A stretch of DNA of 64,000 nucleotides from Spirochaetaceae bacterium (GCA_051531975.1 JAOPTT010000003.1:96001-160000); one strand, 5' to 3'; positions 1 through 10,806 are shown, counted from the stretch's first letter. Notes: generated by a model not told the origin, from the letters alone. Program-made: numbers and translations.

Positions 1-2
1 AA

Positions 3-284
3 TATCAGGAATACTCTACCCCTTATGCTGGGGTACCACACATAGTTAGACCTGATGGATTATATAAAGCTAATCAAAGATTTTCTATGTATAGGTGGCA
101 CCTTCCAGACCCTATACATTTTAAGAAGAACTTAAAAATTACAATCCAAGCTCTTGGTTGGAGAAAAAATAGAAAACATCTCCAACTTCAAGACGATATA
201 TCTAGTGTTGCATTTTGGTATCAGACACTACCATCAAGACAATTTCCTAAACTACCAAACGATGATTATTTGGAGATAATTTAA
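3..284 (+). CDS. DUF2961 / GH172-family glycoside hydrolase, C-terminal part (5' end outside the window)
   Basis: Frame is open from nt 3: YSTPYAG...SMYRWHLPDPIHFKKNLKITIQALGW...DDISSVAFWYQ, typical of the DUF2961 C-terminus. Confidence 0.8.
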   Translation, partial: YQEYSTPYAGVPHIVRPDGLYKANQRFSMYRWHLPDPIHFKKNLKITIQALGWRKNRKHLQLQDDISSVAFWYQTLPSRQFPKLPNDDYLEII

Positions 285-289
285 TTTAT

Positions 290-331
290 AAATCAAATAT
301 AGGGCCATTTAGTGACACCTATATTTGATTT
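290..331. terminator. Hairpin between convergent genes, probable bidirectional terminator
   Basis: Perfect 14-bp inverted repeat AAATCAAATATAGG (290-303) / CCTATATTTGATTT (318-331). Confidence 0.65.
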
Positions 332-345
332 TTATCACAATATTA

Positions 346-990
346 TTAGTCATCAAATAATTTTAAGTCAATACAAGTTCTCATAGCTTGCATTCGATCA
401 CGAATATCCATTTTCTCATATATTGTTGAAACATAATTCTTTACAGTCTGAGGGGATAAATGGACTTTTACAGAAATTTCATTATTGTTATATCCATGTG
501 CTAAGTATTTAAGAACCTCGAGTTCTTTTCTGTTTAATTCGTCATACCATGAGGGTAACTTTTTATCTGATGCCATCATCAATGTCTTATGAATCAACGA
601 TGGGGATATGGATATCATCCCCTTAACTACATTTTTTATTGTATATATGAGGTCTGATGGAAGCATGTCTTTAAGAAGATATCCCTTTGCTCCTTTACGC
701 AGAGCTTTTTTAACATATTCATCTTCATCAAAGGTGGTTAGCATTACAATCTTAAGCTTTTGGTCTATGGAAAGTATACGCTCTACAGCTTCGACACCGT
801 CCATAATAGGCATCTTAACATCCATTAGAATTACATCTGGCTTCCTACTTTTACAAAAATCTACAGCCTCAGAACCGTTGTAACATACACCAATAACCTC
901 AATGTTTTTATCATTCAATTCTAGAACACTCTTTAAGCTATTAATAAAGAGAATCTGATCGTCTACGAGTAACAATTTAATCTTTTCCAT
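346..990 (-). CDS. NarL/LuxR-family DNA-binding response regulator
   Basis: Receiver domain (LLVDD, ILMDVKMP, LTTFD, GYLLK) plus LuxR HTH (LSPQTVKNYVSTIYEKM). Confidence 0.93.
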   Translation of the reverse strand: MEKIKLLLVDDQILFINSLKSVLELNDKNIEVIGVCYNGSEAVDFCKSRKPDVILMDVKMPIMDGVEAVERILSIDQKLKIVMLTTFDEDEYVKKALRKGAKGYLLKDMLPSDLIYTIKNVVKGMISISPSLIHKTLMMASDKKLPSWYDELNRKELEVLKYLAHGYNNNEISVKVHLSPQTVKNYVSTIYEKMDIRDRMQAMRTCIDLKLFDD

Positions 991-2251
991 ATACCAACAC
1001 CTTTTCTATAGGGAGTTCAATACTAACCTTCGCCCCAATCTTTGAGTTTGAGAGAGTCATTGTCCCGTTGAACTTCTTAATCCGTTCCCTCATCCCAGAG
1101 ATTCCGAGTCCAGGATCTTTTTTATTAAACCCTTTACCGTTATCATTTATAGTTATCATTAGTTTACCACTTCCAACAAAAAGAAATATGTCAATTTCAG
1201 AGGCAATACCATGTCTAAGAGCATTTACCATCCCCTCTTGTATAATCCGGAAAATTATATGAGAAGCTTCTTCCCCAAAATTATCTGGTGTATTTCCCCA
1301 TTCTAGTCTGATTTTTAAATTTGAGGCCTTCTCAAAAGCTTTAATCATCCTTCTCAATTCCATAAAATGAGATAAATGTTCTTCTTTCTTTATTTTCAGA
1401 ATCCTTAATACAATTCTCATATCCTTTAAACCATCACGGGCACCAGAGTGGATCTCTTCAAGATTCTCACTTATAATTCCGAGTTTCCCTTTGTTCATAT
1501 CAAGGATTGATCGGGAAATCATCATTATAGTAGTAAGGGTGTAACCTATCGAGTCATGGATTTCCCTTATAATTCTGTTTCTCTCATCTTCAGTGGACTT
1601 CTCTTCTACAACTTTTACATAGTGCTGGTATCCATAATTAGTATCTGTCAGATTGGCAATTGTCTGATTTAACTGTCTGACTTTACTTTTTTCAATTTCC
1701 ATTCTACTAAAAATATAGCGGAAGATTATGAATATGCCTGTCATAATAAGTACTAAGACAGAAGAAAATATAGTGTTGTGTATAGTTATAGAATTCCATT
1801 TACCAAGATTAATAAGACTCATAACATTTATAAGCAGTAAAAAAAATAGAGAGCCCATAGAAGAAGATATGGAATAACGTATGGGAATAAAGAAATTTAG
1901 ATCTAACAGAAAGGCTAAAAGAAATAGCAATTTTAAACCAAGGTATATTTCACTAGGAAAGTGAATTATTATTATCATTATGTATCTGATTATTAATAAA
2001 TATAAAATCCTGTTTTTTTTAGGGGAAAGATAAATAAGAACTGTGATAATCATAGATAGCAAAACCATAATACTATATTGTTTTGCCCAGTTAATTACAT
2101 AAATCTCACTAGGCACCATACTGTACTGAAAAATTGATAATCCTTGAAAAAGCAATGATGTGATTAGTGTAAAGAGGAAGATATGTTTTTTATCTATCAT
2201 CAAATTAGTATAATCCAAATCAATGGTAAATCCAATCTTTATCTTCCTCAT
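977..2251 (-). CDS. Membrane sensor histidine kinase, HisKA_3 (NarX/LiaS type)
   Basis: Several TM helices, ERNRIIREIHDSIG H-box, QEGMVNALRHG N-box, DNGKGF and GLGISGMRER G-boxes. Confidence 0.92.
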   Translation of the reverse strand: MRKIKIGFTIDLDYTNLMIDKKHIFLFTLITSLLFQGLSIFQYSMVPSEIYVINWAKQYSIMVLLSMIITVLIYLSPKKNRILYLLIIRYIMIIIIHFPSEIYLGLKLLFLLAFLLDLNFFIPIRYSISSSMGSLFFLLLINVMSLINLGKWNSITIHNTIFSSVLVLIMTGIFIIFRYIFSRMEIEKSKVRQLNQTIANLTDTNYGYQHYVKVVEEKSTEDERNRIIREIHDSIGYTLTTIMMISRSILDMNKGKLGIISENLEEIHSGARDGLKDMRIVLRILKIKKEEHLSHFMELRRMIKAFEKASNLKIRLEWGNTPDNFGEEASHIIFRIIQEGMVNALRHGIASEIDIFLFVGSGKLMITINDNGKGFNKKDPGLGISGMRERIKKFNGTMTLSNSKIGAKVSIELPIEKVLVYGKD

Positions 2252-2254
2252 TTA

Positions 2255-3088
2255 TCAACCTTTAAAAGCTCCAGCGGTAAGTCCAGAAATGAAATGTTTC
2301 TGAAGCCAAATATAGAAAACCGTTATTGGTGTTATGGCTAGAAATAATACGGCAAATACATCGTCCCATTTTTGCTGATACTGACCAATGGCTCTGTAGA
2401 TCCCAGTTGTTATTGTATAATATTTTCCACTTCCAAAAATGACATATGGAAGAACAAAATCATTCCATGTCCAAAGTGTGACAAATATAATTACAGTTAC
2501 TACTGCAGGTTTCATAAGAGGGAATATAATAAACACAAAAGTCTGTAAAGGAGAAGCTCCCTCGACCTGTGCTGATTCATCAAATTGTGGAGAAATTGTT
2601 CCAATATACCCTGTAAAAATGAAACATACAAAAGGCATATAAACCGCAACAAAAACTAGAATAAGTCCTGGAAAGCTAAACATAAGTCCAAAAGTTCTAA
2701 GTATCTGAATAATGGGAATTATGATTACCTGAACTGGAATAAAAAGTCCTGCTAAAAGTGATAAATAAGCGACTTTATAGAATCCTGTTCTATTACGACT
2801 TAGGATATAAGCTGTCATTGATGCCGTTATCAGGACACAAGTTAGTGTTATTATCAAAATAAATCCTGTAAATCCATAAGCCTTGAGAGCACTAAACTGA
2901 TTGGAATTAAAATTCCTGGCCACATTTGTCACAGTCATTTCAGCGAAAGGTAGTCCCATAGGATTTTGGAAGATCTGTGCTTCAGTTTTAAAAGCATTAA
3001 CTATTGTTATATAGAATGGTATCAGGTATATCAATGACAGGACTGTCATAAGAGTTCCCCGAATCTTCCCACTTTTATTAATTATCAT
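2255..3088 (-). CDS. Carbohydrate ABC transporter permease (MalG type)
   Basis: Six TM helices, ESAQVEGAS EAA loop, WNDF motif, C-terminal QKHFISGLTAGAFKG. Confidence 0.92.
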   Translation of the reverse strand: MIINKSGKIRGTLMTVLSLIYLIPFYITIVNAFKTEAQIFQNPMGLPFAEMTVTNVARNFNSNQFSALKAYGFTGFILIITLTCVLITASMTAYILSRNRTGFYKVAYLSLLAGLFIPVQVIIIPIIQILRTFGLMFSFPGLILVFVAVYMPFVCFIFTGYIGTISPQFDESAQVEGASPLQTFVFIIFPLMKPAVVTVIIFVTLWTWNDFVLPYVIFGSGKYYTITTGIYRAIGQYQQKWDDVFAVLFLAITPITVFYIWLQKHFISGLTAGAFKG

Positions 3089-3957
3089 AGTAGGTTCTCC
3101 TCTCTAATTCTAAGTCTATTGGTTAAAGTTACAGTGATCACTGTCAGGATTATTAAGAAATAGACAGCCACGGCGGATGCATACGAAATTTTATAGCGGT
3201 TGAATCCTACATCTATGATAAATATGGCTATACTCTTTGTCGTATTTACAGGCCCCCCTCCAGTTAGGACAAAAATTATGTCAAATATTTTCATATACCC
3301 AGTAAAGAGGAAGACTGTTACAGTTGTGAAGCTCGGAGCCAACCATGGGAAAGTTATGTTCCAGAATGCTTGGTACGAATTTGCGCCGTCAATTTCTGCT
3401 GCTTCGTATTGCATCGCAGGTATAGCCTGAAGTCCTGATAGGTAAAGAATCGTGGAGAAACCTGTTGCCTGCCAAATACTTATTCCTAAAACAGACCATT
3501 TTGCTAATGAAGGATCTCCTAGAAAATCGATAGCCGTCCAGCCAAATCTCTCAAAAAGGCTATTAACAACACCATAATAGCTGAATAAAGCTTTAAAAAT
3601 AAAACCTACAGCAACAAGACTTATTAGCTGCGGGAAAAAGAATGCGGCTCGGTGAAAATTTGTGAGCAAACTTTTTCGGTTAATTTGTACCGCCAAAAAT
3701 AGAGAAATTATGTTAACCGAAACCCCTCCGAGTAGTGCAAAAAAGAATGTATTTCCTATAGATGTTAAGAATTCAGGCTCTTTTAGAGCTTTTATATAGT
3801 TCGTGAACCCAATAAAATTCATACTAGTCTTCAGTCCATCCCAATCAAAGAATGAATAGTAGAAAGTAAGAAATATAGATACTAGGATTATTGTAGCAAA
3901 GATGGTATATCCCGGCAGGAACATTAATAATTTCTGCTTCCAGTGATTGTCTTTCAT
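3085..3957 (-). CDS. Carbohydrate ABC transporter permease (MalF type)
   Basis: YEAAEIDGAN EAA loop and FDIIFVLTGGGP. Start moved to the ATG at 3957, behind a TAGGA SD. Confidence 0.92.
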   Translation of the reverse strand: MKDNHWKQKLLMFLPGYTIFATIILVSIFLTFYYSFFDWDGLKTSMNFIGFTNYIKALKEPEFLTSIGNTFFFALLGGVSVNIISLFLAVQINRKSLLTNFHRAAFFFPQLISLVAVGFIFKALFSYYGVVNSLFERFGWTAIDFLGDPSLAKWSVLGISIWQATGFSTILYLSGLQAIPAMQYEAAEIDGANSYQAFWNITFPWLAPSFTTVTVFLFTGYMKIFDIIFVLTGGGPVNTTKSIAIFIIDVGFNRYKISYASAVAVYFLIILTVITVTLTNRLRIREENLL

Positions 3958-3969
3958 ATTTATTCCTAC

Positions 3970-4000
3970 AAACCCTGCAAGCACATAGAATGCAGGGTTT
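3970..4000 (-). terminator. Intercistronic stem-loop after the binding-protein gene (mRNA stabiliser or partial terminator)
   Basis: AAACCCTGCA (3970-3979) / TGCAGGGTTT (3991-4000). Confidence 0.6.
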
Positions 4001-4015
4001 TATTATTAAAAATTT

Positions 4016-5290
4016 CTAATTATTATTTGTAAAATCGTCAATACCAACCATTAGGGCTTCAAGAGACTCGTACTTTTGTGAATAAATGGCTTCTAATAGT
4101 GGGCCAAGATGTGCACCCTCTAATCCAGCTGGTGATGGTGCACCAAGATAATAACTGATGACTGTAGTTGAAAAATCGGCAGATTGCATATGCTCAGCCA
4201 TTGTCTGTTGTAATGGTGAGTAGTCATAGTCAATAGAAGGTTTATGATTTGAGAATAATCCATCAGCCTTAAGTAGAACCTTATTTATTGTAGGATCTGT
4301 ATAGAACCATTTGTAGAATTCCCAAGCTTCTTCTTTAACCTCTGAACCTGCATAAATTCGGTTACCTAAAAGCCCTTTGTAGGCGATAGCGTTCGTTTTA
4401 CCGTCAGATGTTGGAAGTTCAAAATAACCAGTATCCCAATCTTTATCAGAAGCAGCATCAGCAGCACTATACCACGATCCCATAGGATACATTACACCCT
4501 GCCCACCAAGGAAAAGTTGTTCACCCTGGCTATATCCAACACTCAGGTTTCCTTTTATGATATAGTCGTTTTTAACAAGATTATCCCAGAAAGTGATAAG
4601 AGCCATACCCTCTTTTCCCGCAAAAGAGAAACTACCTTCTCTCGCTTCTTTCCATAACTCAGGATGATTATCTACAAGTTCAGCACTTAGACTCCATCCT
4701 AATACAGCACCAGGAACCCATTCTCCACCACTGATTACAGGTGTAAGTCCGGCGGCTTTTATTTTTTCACATACTATTTCAAACTCACTATATGTTTTTG
4801 GAATATCAGCATCGGTAAGACCTGCCTGCTTCCATAGTGTTTTGTTATAAAAGATTGCTCCAGCAAGCTGTGTATTATAATGAAGATGATAGACATTACC
4901 ATCTTTGTAAGGTACTTGATAATTAAATTTTTCAAAAATTGGATCATCAGTTGGAAGAGCCCAAACATGACCAGCATCAATGAATTCTGTATCACCAACA
5001 TTAGACCATACATCAGGAACATCTCCTCCTGCAATCCGATTTCTCATAAAGTCAGCAGCAGTTCCCGATCCAGAAGCGTTACTTTCAACAATTTCAAGAA
5101 TAATATCAGGATTAGCTAATTCATATGTTTGCTTAATTCCCTCGTAGAGTTCCATTGTAAGATTTGGTGTAACCCAGACCTGCCATTTAATGGTGGTCTT
5201 ACTTGATTCTTTCTGCCCATTTGCCCAAAGGCCTTGACCAACAACCATCGTAAAAGTGATGAGTAAACAAAATAATTTTCTTTTATTCAT
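4016..5290 (-). CDS. Sugar ABC transporter substrate-binding protein (family 1)
   Basis: Signal peptide followed by ANGQKE, IFYNKTLWKQAG and MYPMGSW motifs; first gene of the ABC operon. Confidence 0.9.
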   Translation of the reverse strand: MNKRKLFCLLITFTMVVGQGLWANGQKESSKTTIKWQVWVTPNLTMELYEGIKQTYELANPDIILEIVESNASGSGTAADFMRNRIAGGDVPDVWSNVGDTEFIDAGHVWALPTDDPIFEKFNYQVPYKDGNVYHLHYNTQLAGAIFYNKTLWKQAGLTDADIPKTYSEFEIVCEKIKAAGLTPVISGGEWVPGAVLGWSLSAELVDNHPELWKEAREGSFSFAGKEGMALITFWDNLVKNDYIIKGNLSVGYSQGEQLFLGGQGVMYPMGSWYSAADAASDKDWDTGYFELPTSDGKTNAIAYKGLLGNRIYAGSEVKEEAWEFYKWFYTDPTINKVLLKADGLFSNHKPSIDYDYSPLQQTMAEHMQSADFSTTVISYYLGAPSPAGLEGAHLGPLLEAIYSQKYESLEALMVGIDDFTNNN

Positions 5291-5344
5291 TTCAATTCTC
5301 CTTTTGTATTTACTCTATATTAGACACTGAGTAACTGAGTTGTA

Positions 5345-5385
5345 AAGTTACCCAAGTAACAACTTCTAGTACCCCAGTACTATTT
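5345..5385 (-). promoter_or_regulatory. Tandem palindromic operator upstream of the ABC operon (probable NarL-type regulator site)
   Basis: GTTAC-N4-GTAAC and AGTAC-N4-GTACT palindromes 21 bp apart; the same arrangement recurs at 7691-7729. Confidence 0.6.
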
Positions 5386-5494
5386 ACTAAACAGAATATG
5401 CTCTATTGATATTGTATTAATTTAAGAAGCCTTCTAATAAGTCTAAACTTTTTGAGATTGTAATAACATAGAGAAGAAATAAATTTTATTAAGT

Positions 5495-5518
5495 CCGGTT
5501 AACAGGATTATTAACCGG
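5495..5518 (-). terminator. Probable terminator hairpin after the oxidoreductase
   Basis: CCGGTTAA / TTAACCGG inverted repeat just downstream of the stop codon. Confidence 0.45.
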
Positions 5519-5532
5519 TAATTTTGATTAGA

Positions 5533-6678
5533 TTATTTTATATTAAGGTTCGTCCAGATATCGGATAGATCAATAATAGATCCCTGTAACATAGCTTCAT
5601 TAATTGTAATACCAACAACAGCACTTCTTAATCCTTCATCTCCACCACAGACAGGTTTTATTCCTTTTACCATGGACTCATGTAATTCTTTCATAATATG
5701 AAGATCTCCATCACCATGGCCTCCACCAACTAGATTCATCATTTTTATAGATTCATCACCAATGGCTTTGTATTGTAAAGTACCGGAATACAGTTCAACA
5801 ATGAGTGTTCCACCAGTACAATGAAAATACATTCTTCTCTCGGGGATTGTATTACACATTGTTGCCTGAAACTGAACCCTGATTCCATTTTTATATTCCA
5901 TAATGGAAACAACATTATCTTCAATCGTATTATCTGATAAAAAAGGATTTTCTGTAGACTGCTCAAATTTATCAGTAATTTGATCCCAGCCCTCACAATC
6001 AAATAGTTTGCTATCTTTATTATAGATTTCACTATTTTGAGGTGTAAACATATCGTTTCCACCAAAAGCAGCTATTTTTAGAGGTACTGACTCTGTAAAC
6101 CAGTTTAATAGATCCAGATCATGTACACATTTTTCAAGAATATGTGATCCGGCGATCTCTTTCTTACGTCTCCAGTTTTTCATTATATATGCACCATGAT
6201 CAGGTAGTATATTTTCAGAAGCGTTTATGGAAATAATTTTACCAATTTTCCCACTAGATAAAATCTCTTTTGTTTTTCTATAAATAGAGGCATACCGTAG
6301 AGTAAAGCCAGTAGCAAATAATTTGCCACTAGAGTTATGAACCCTATTAATCTCTATACAATCCTCTATTGTTGTAGCTAGAGGTTTCTCTGAGAATACA
6401 TTTTTCCCATTTTTAAATGCAGCAATTATATGCTCTTTATGGAAGATATTTGGTGATCCTATTACAATCCAATCTAATTCTGGGTCAGTAACTATCTCTT
6501 GGTAGGAAGAGTAGATTTTCCCCTTGCCATAATTTCTTTTATCCAACATTAACTGAGTATTATTTTCAGATGGATCCCATGCACCAACTAACTCAAGATC
6601 CTCTTTATCTTTTAACTGGTCTATTAATGAACTAATCCGCCCACCACAACCTATCACTGCGTATTTTATTGTTTTCAT
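5533..6678 (-). CDS. Gfo/Idh/MocA-family oxidoreductase
   Basis: AVIGCGGR Rossmann start, FSEKPLA, EKCVHDLD, GGHGDGD. Confidence 0.9.
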   Translation of the reverse strand: MKTIKYAVIGCGGRISSLIDQLKDKEDLELVGAWDPSENNTQLMLDKRNYGKGKIYSSYQEIVTDPELDWIVIGSPNIFHKEHIIAAFKNGKNVFSEKPLATTIEDCIEINRVHNSSGKLFATGFTLRYASIYRKTKEILSSGKIGKIISINASENILPDHGAYIMKNWRRKKEIAGSHILEKCVHDLDLLNWFTESVPLKIAAFGGNDMFTPQNSEIYNKDSKLFDCEGWDQITDKFEQSTENPFLSDNTIEDNVVSIMEYKNGIRVQFQATMCNTIPERRMYFHCTGGTLIVELYSGTLQYKAIGDESIKMMNLVGGGHGDGDLHIMKELHESMVKGIKPVCGGDEGLRSAVVGITINEAMLQGSIIDLSDIWTNLNIK

Positions 6679-6751
6679 TTTAAGTCTCCTTATTACAATT
6701 TAACTAATGTTACGACAGGATTATTGTTATAGAAATGGCTCAAACTTGAAT

Positions 6752-7588
6752 CTATTTACCATTTTCTGTATTTTTAAATCGACTTGGAGGAAATCCGGTT
6801 ACTTGTTTAAATGATCTTGAAAAGCTGTAGACAGAATCAAAACCACAAAGAGAAGCAGTCTCAGTTATGTTTCTTTTCCCAGATTCTAAAATAGAACAGG
6901 CGTAATTTATTTTAACCTCTCTTAAATATCTTCCAGGACTGATTCCTATGAACTTTTTAAAATGTTTATGAAGACTACTTTCTGATATACCAATCTCCTG
7001 TGCTATTATTGAAGTTGTTAAAATACGGCTTAAATCGAAATATACAAGTTTCTGAACTTTTGTAATAATAGTATCTTCATCCCTGTTAATGTGTTGTATT
7101 GTCCCACCTTTATTACTGTTTTCCAGATTAAGATGAATTATTGTAGATAAAATACTACTTTTAAGATCATTAGACCCAGTAATCATTCTTTCAAGTGATT
7201 CTAGGACATAGGGTTCAATTTTAACAGGATTATATAATAGAGGTTCAAGACCTTTTCTTTCTCTCATTTCAAAACCTATAAAAAGCCATAAAAGATCTTT
7301 GTCTTCTGATGATACATAATGATGATTCTGGTATGGGAAAACAAGGAGAGATTCCCCTTCATTTAATGTTATGATGTGTTTATCTATATGAATCTGAATA
7401 GAACCTTTAAGATTGAATAAGAGATTAAACCTATAATGAATAATTGGCTGATCATTTACAAATTCTGAGCACCTTAACCTAGAAAAGAAATTTATTTTCT
7501 CAGGATTATATACCAGGTCAGCAGAAATGCCATCAAGATATTTTTGAGGTTCCTTTAGGTTTGTAATATAGTGTTCAAGCCTTTTCAT
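6752..7588 (-). CDS. AraC-family transcriptional regulator
   Basis: Cupin-like N-terminus and C-terminal CGFDSVYSFSRSFKQVTGFPPSRF. Confidence 0.9.
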   Translation of the reverse strand: MKRLEHYITNLKEPQKYLDGISADLVYNPEKINFFSRLRCSEFVNDQPIIHYRFNLLFNLKGSIQIHIDKHIITLNEGESLLVFPYQNHHYVSSEDKDLLWLFIGFEMRERKGLEPLLYNPVKIEPYVLESLERMITGSNDLKSSILSTIIHLNLENSNKGGTIQHINRDEDTIITKVQKLVYFDLSRILTTSIIAQEIGISESSLHKHFKKFIGISPGRYLREVKINYACSILESGKRNITETASLCGFDSVYSFSRSFKQVTGFPPSRFKNTENGK

Positions 7589-7690
7589 ATTCTGTCCTTT
7601 AATACTTTGATTTTACTTATATAAATCATCTGGGGCTCTAAAATACTTCCTCTTTAATATACTAAGATATTAGATTATTAACAACAAATA

Positions 7691-7729
7691 AAGTTACCAG
7701 AGTACTTTAAGTTGTTACCAGAGTAACTT
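7691..7729 (+). promoter_or_regulatory. Tandem palindromic operator upstream of the chemoreceptor gene
   Basis: GTTACCAGAGTAC and GTTACCAGAGTAAC 21 bp apart, followed by a TATAGT -10-like hexamer; matches 5345-5385. Confidence 0.6.
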
Positions 7730-7845
7730 ACCGAGGAGATATTTTAGCTCTATAGTATTATATATTATTATTTTTTTTGGTAATGATTAGTACTTTTTTA
7801 CATAAGAAAAAATTGGTAAATACATATATTAATCGGGGGTATTAT

Positions 7846-9669
7846 ATGACTATTAGATGGAAACTTTACACTATGGTGTTTGGTATTATTAGTGCATTTA
7901 CCATTGTGGTTCTTTTTGCTGTTTTTACATATATTCCATTAACCAGAATTTCAAAAGAAGCAGCTCATTTAAGGAATTTGACTGAAAGTATTCTAAATCT
8001 TAGAGGTGATATAAACTCACTTAGTGGAGAGTATATAGAATCTCAGAATAAAAGAATTAAAAAAACAAAATTAGATCTGGATAAAAAGTTTGTAATTTTG
8101 CATGAGTTGAAATATTTACCTAAACTTAATAATGATATTTCTGAAGCACTAAAAATAATTAAAAATCTTCAGATTCTTTTTGACACTGTTTGGAAAGATC
8201 TAGAAAAGAATACTGAACTAATAATGATTTACTCTGAAGAAGTTCTTTTTAGTTCGGACGTAAAAATCAGTGGACTCTGGAGTTCTCCATTAGCAGATAA
8301 AGAGACTGTTTTCGTACAAGTAAATGATTTTACTACTGCTATCTTAGCCACAGATGAAAATCTTGACCGTGCATATAAAGTAATATCTAAACAATTTGTA
8401 TCAATAGAAAATGAAATTAGTCGGAGAGAATCATTCATAGCATTTACTATTTTTATATCCATTGTAGTTGTTTTTTTCATTACCCTCATTTTATCGTTTC
8501 TTATTGCCAAAACAATTGGTAAGAATATCAGATTACTTGAAAAGGGATTGTCTATTGCTCTAAAAGGAAATTTGATAGACGAAATTAAAATCAAATCAAG
8601 TGATGAAATCGGAAAGCTTGGAAAAAACATTAATACCTTTACAGGAGAATTAGCTAATTCTATCAGGCAAATTAAGCGATCCTCTGAGAGGAACTTAGAT
8701 ATTAAAGAACAGTTAATAGATTCTACTATCGAGACATCTGCAACCTCAATTCAGATGAATAAATCTGTACAGAGCATACAAGACAAAATTAGTACCTTAG
8801 ACAAAAGCGTTCACGCGTCTACTATATCTGTGGCTACTGTTCAAAAGAGTATTAATGGTCTGAATAATGTTATACTAAAGCAGATTAGAACAATTGAGGA
8901 ATCTACAGCAGCTGTCACTGAAATGATTGCATCTATCGTAAGTGTGACTAAGATTACTAATCAGAAAAAAGAGAACTTCCGTAATCTTGTTGATACTGCA
9001 AAGAAAGGTGGCTCACAATTATTCTTTACAATACAGATAATCCAAGAAATAACCTCCAATATAGAGGAAATTCGAGGGATTGCATCAATAATTAATAATA
9101 TTTCAGAACATACTAATCTTCTAGCTATGAATGCAGCAATTGAAGCTGCTCATGCTGGAAATCATGGGCAGGGATTTTCAGTAGTAGCATCTGAGATACG
9201 GAAATTAGCAGAAGCCTCCGCTAAGAATTCAAATATTATAAGTAAAGTATTAAAAGAAACTGTTGAAAAGATTGAATCTGTATCTTTATCAGGAGAAGAA
9301 ACTCGTATTGCCTTTGACCATATTGATAGAGGTGTATCCGGGGAATATGATTCTTTTGAAGAAATCTATAACTGTATGAATGATATGAGTTCTGGAGGCC
9401 AGCAGATATTACAAACTATGGGTACACTTCAGAAATATTCAAGTGACGTACAGGAAGGAAGTTACGTTATAAGTGATTCATCTTCCCATCTTGAAGAAGC
9501 TGTTGGAATTGTAAAAACTGTTTCTTCAGAGGTATTAGGAAATATATCAGAAGTAAGCATAGGAATAAGTGAAATATCCATTGCTATGGATTCCTTAACA
9601 GATCTTAGTTCTAACCTAAGCGATATTGCACAGAACCTAAATGTAGAAATTAATAGATTCCAGACGTAA
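7846..9669 (+). CDS. Methyl-accepting chemotaxis protein (TM-sensor-TM-HAMP-MA)
   Basis: [35 protein letters not shown] hairpin, HAMP (DEIGKLG). Start ATG 7846 follows a GGGGGT SD. Confidence 0.93.
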   Translation: MTIRWKLYTMVFGIISAFTIVVLFAVFTYIPLTRISKEAAHLRNLTESILNLRGDINSLSGEYIESQNKRIKKTKLDLDKKFVILHELKYLPKLNNDISEALKIIKNLQILFDTVWKDLEKNTELIMIYSEEVLFSSDVKISGLWSSPLADKETVFVQVNDFTTAILATDENLDRAYKVISKQFVSIENEISRRESFIAFTIFISIVVVFFITLILSFLIAKTIGKNIRLLEKGLSIALKGNLIDEIKIKSSDEIGKLGKNINTFTGELANSIRQIKRSSERNLDIKEQLIDSTIETSATSIQMNKSVQSIQDKISTLDKSVHASTISVATVQKSINGLNNVILKQIRTIEESTAAVTEMIASIVSVTKITNQKKENFRNLVDTAKKGGSQLFFTIQIIQEITSNIEEIRGIASIINNISEHTNLLAMNAAIEAAHAGNHGQGFSVVASEIRKLAEASAKNSNIISKVLKETVEKIESVSLSGEETRIAFDHIDRGVSGEYDSFEEIYNCMNDMSSGGQQILQTMGTLQKYSSDVQEGSYVISDSSSHLEEAVGIVKTVSSEVLGNISEVSIGISEISIAMDSLTDLSSNLSDIAQNLNVEINRFQT

Positions 9670-9751
9670 AAATACGCTCCAATAAAAGCATTAGGAAGAG
9701 CCAATTATTGGCTATTGAATTAAAATGAGGAGTTGGAGAATAAATAGTGAA

Positions 9752-10203
9752 ATGTTAGAAAAAGTATTGGCAAAAGGTGTAAATAATATTCATGGTAGAG
9801 TTAAGATTTCACAACCTGTCCTGACATTAAATATGATGAGGCAGAAGGGCCATTTAACACAGAACTAATAATGGCACTTATTTATATAGAAAATGAAATC
9901 TTTAAAAAGTCATCATATTTTAAAGATAAGTGGGCATTATTAATTGAGTTTAAAACAAACTGTCTGGCGACTATGGATATGACTTTACAACTAACTGACT
10001 ACGTTAATAAATGTAAGTTAAACGGGAAAATACAAGAAGCTACAGCCATTGTCGTAAATAAAGATGTAGTTGGATCTTTTTTTGCATCAAGGAGATATCG
10101 TCCAATTTATGAATATGTGAATATTCCATTTAAGTCTTTTAGTAATATAAAAGAAGCTGAGTTCTGGTTAGTAGATAAATTGAAAATCAATAATGAACTA
10201 TAA
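9752..10203 (+). pseudogene. Probably frameshifted hypothetical protein (the ORF-track part is 9871-10203)
   Basis: MLEK...IHGRV from ATG 9752 in one frame; DFTTCPDIKYDEAEGPFNTELIMAL continues into the 9871 ORF in another frame that is open from 9805. Confidence 0.45.
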
Positions 10204-10238
10204 TCTGACATATTTAGTAGACTTTACACCCCTTACAG

Positions 10239-10315
10239 TAAAACGATATAATCTAAAGTTATAGAAGTATTGAGGTGGAGTGATGTTAGTTGAATTAAAA
10301 ATGATTGTTTAAAAG
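10239..10315 (+). repeat. Degenerate duplicate of the promoter, RBS and first codons of the aldose 1-epimerase gene (left island border)
   Basis: About 70 of 78 nt identical to 16477-16554; this copy is frameshifted (MLVELKMIV*). Confidence 0.85.
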
Positions 10316-10670
10316 CTTCATATATAATTAAATAGGTTCATAAAAACAGTTGATGATTACGATTATCCTAACATGAATTGGAATATAACATGCAGATGTG
10401 AAGTGATTCAGTTTACCGATGAAAAAACATGCCTATAACTTGTAGAAAAAGCAGTTAACCTGTTGTACAATTCCAAGACTAATGGGTGGAATGATATAAT
10501 ATCTTAGGTGAGAATACTAAACATAAAATAATGCAGCAGAATTACAATCTTAAACTAATAATTTAAACGTAATACTATTTTTTATACATCCTATTTAATA
10601 AACAGTTCAGCTAATTCTTTAACTTAATACTTTTTATTACAAAATCAAAATTTCATACTAAATAAATTGA

Positions 10671-10700
10671 TGTCCAGAAAAACGAACGATTAATTGTACA
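10671..10700 (+). repeat. Left 30-bp inverted repeat, serine-recombinase-like 14-2-14 site
   Basis: TGTCCAGAAAAACG-AA-CGATTAATTGTACA; its reverse complement matches 15475-15504 at 28/30. Confidence 0.75.
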
Positions 10701-10806
10701 GTGAATATAGGTAACTTTTTTGACAGTTAATTAGGAACTAAGTATTATTAAATAATTGTTATACAATTTTAGCCCCTCATAGATTGTGTTAGATATTTAA
10801 AGTATC

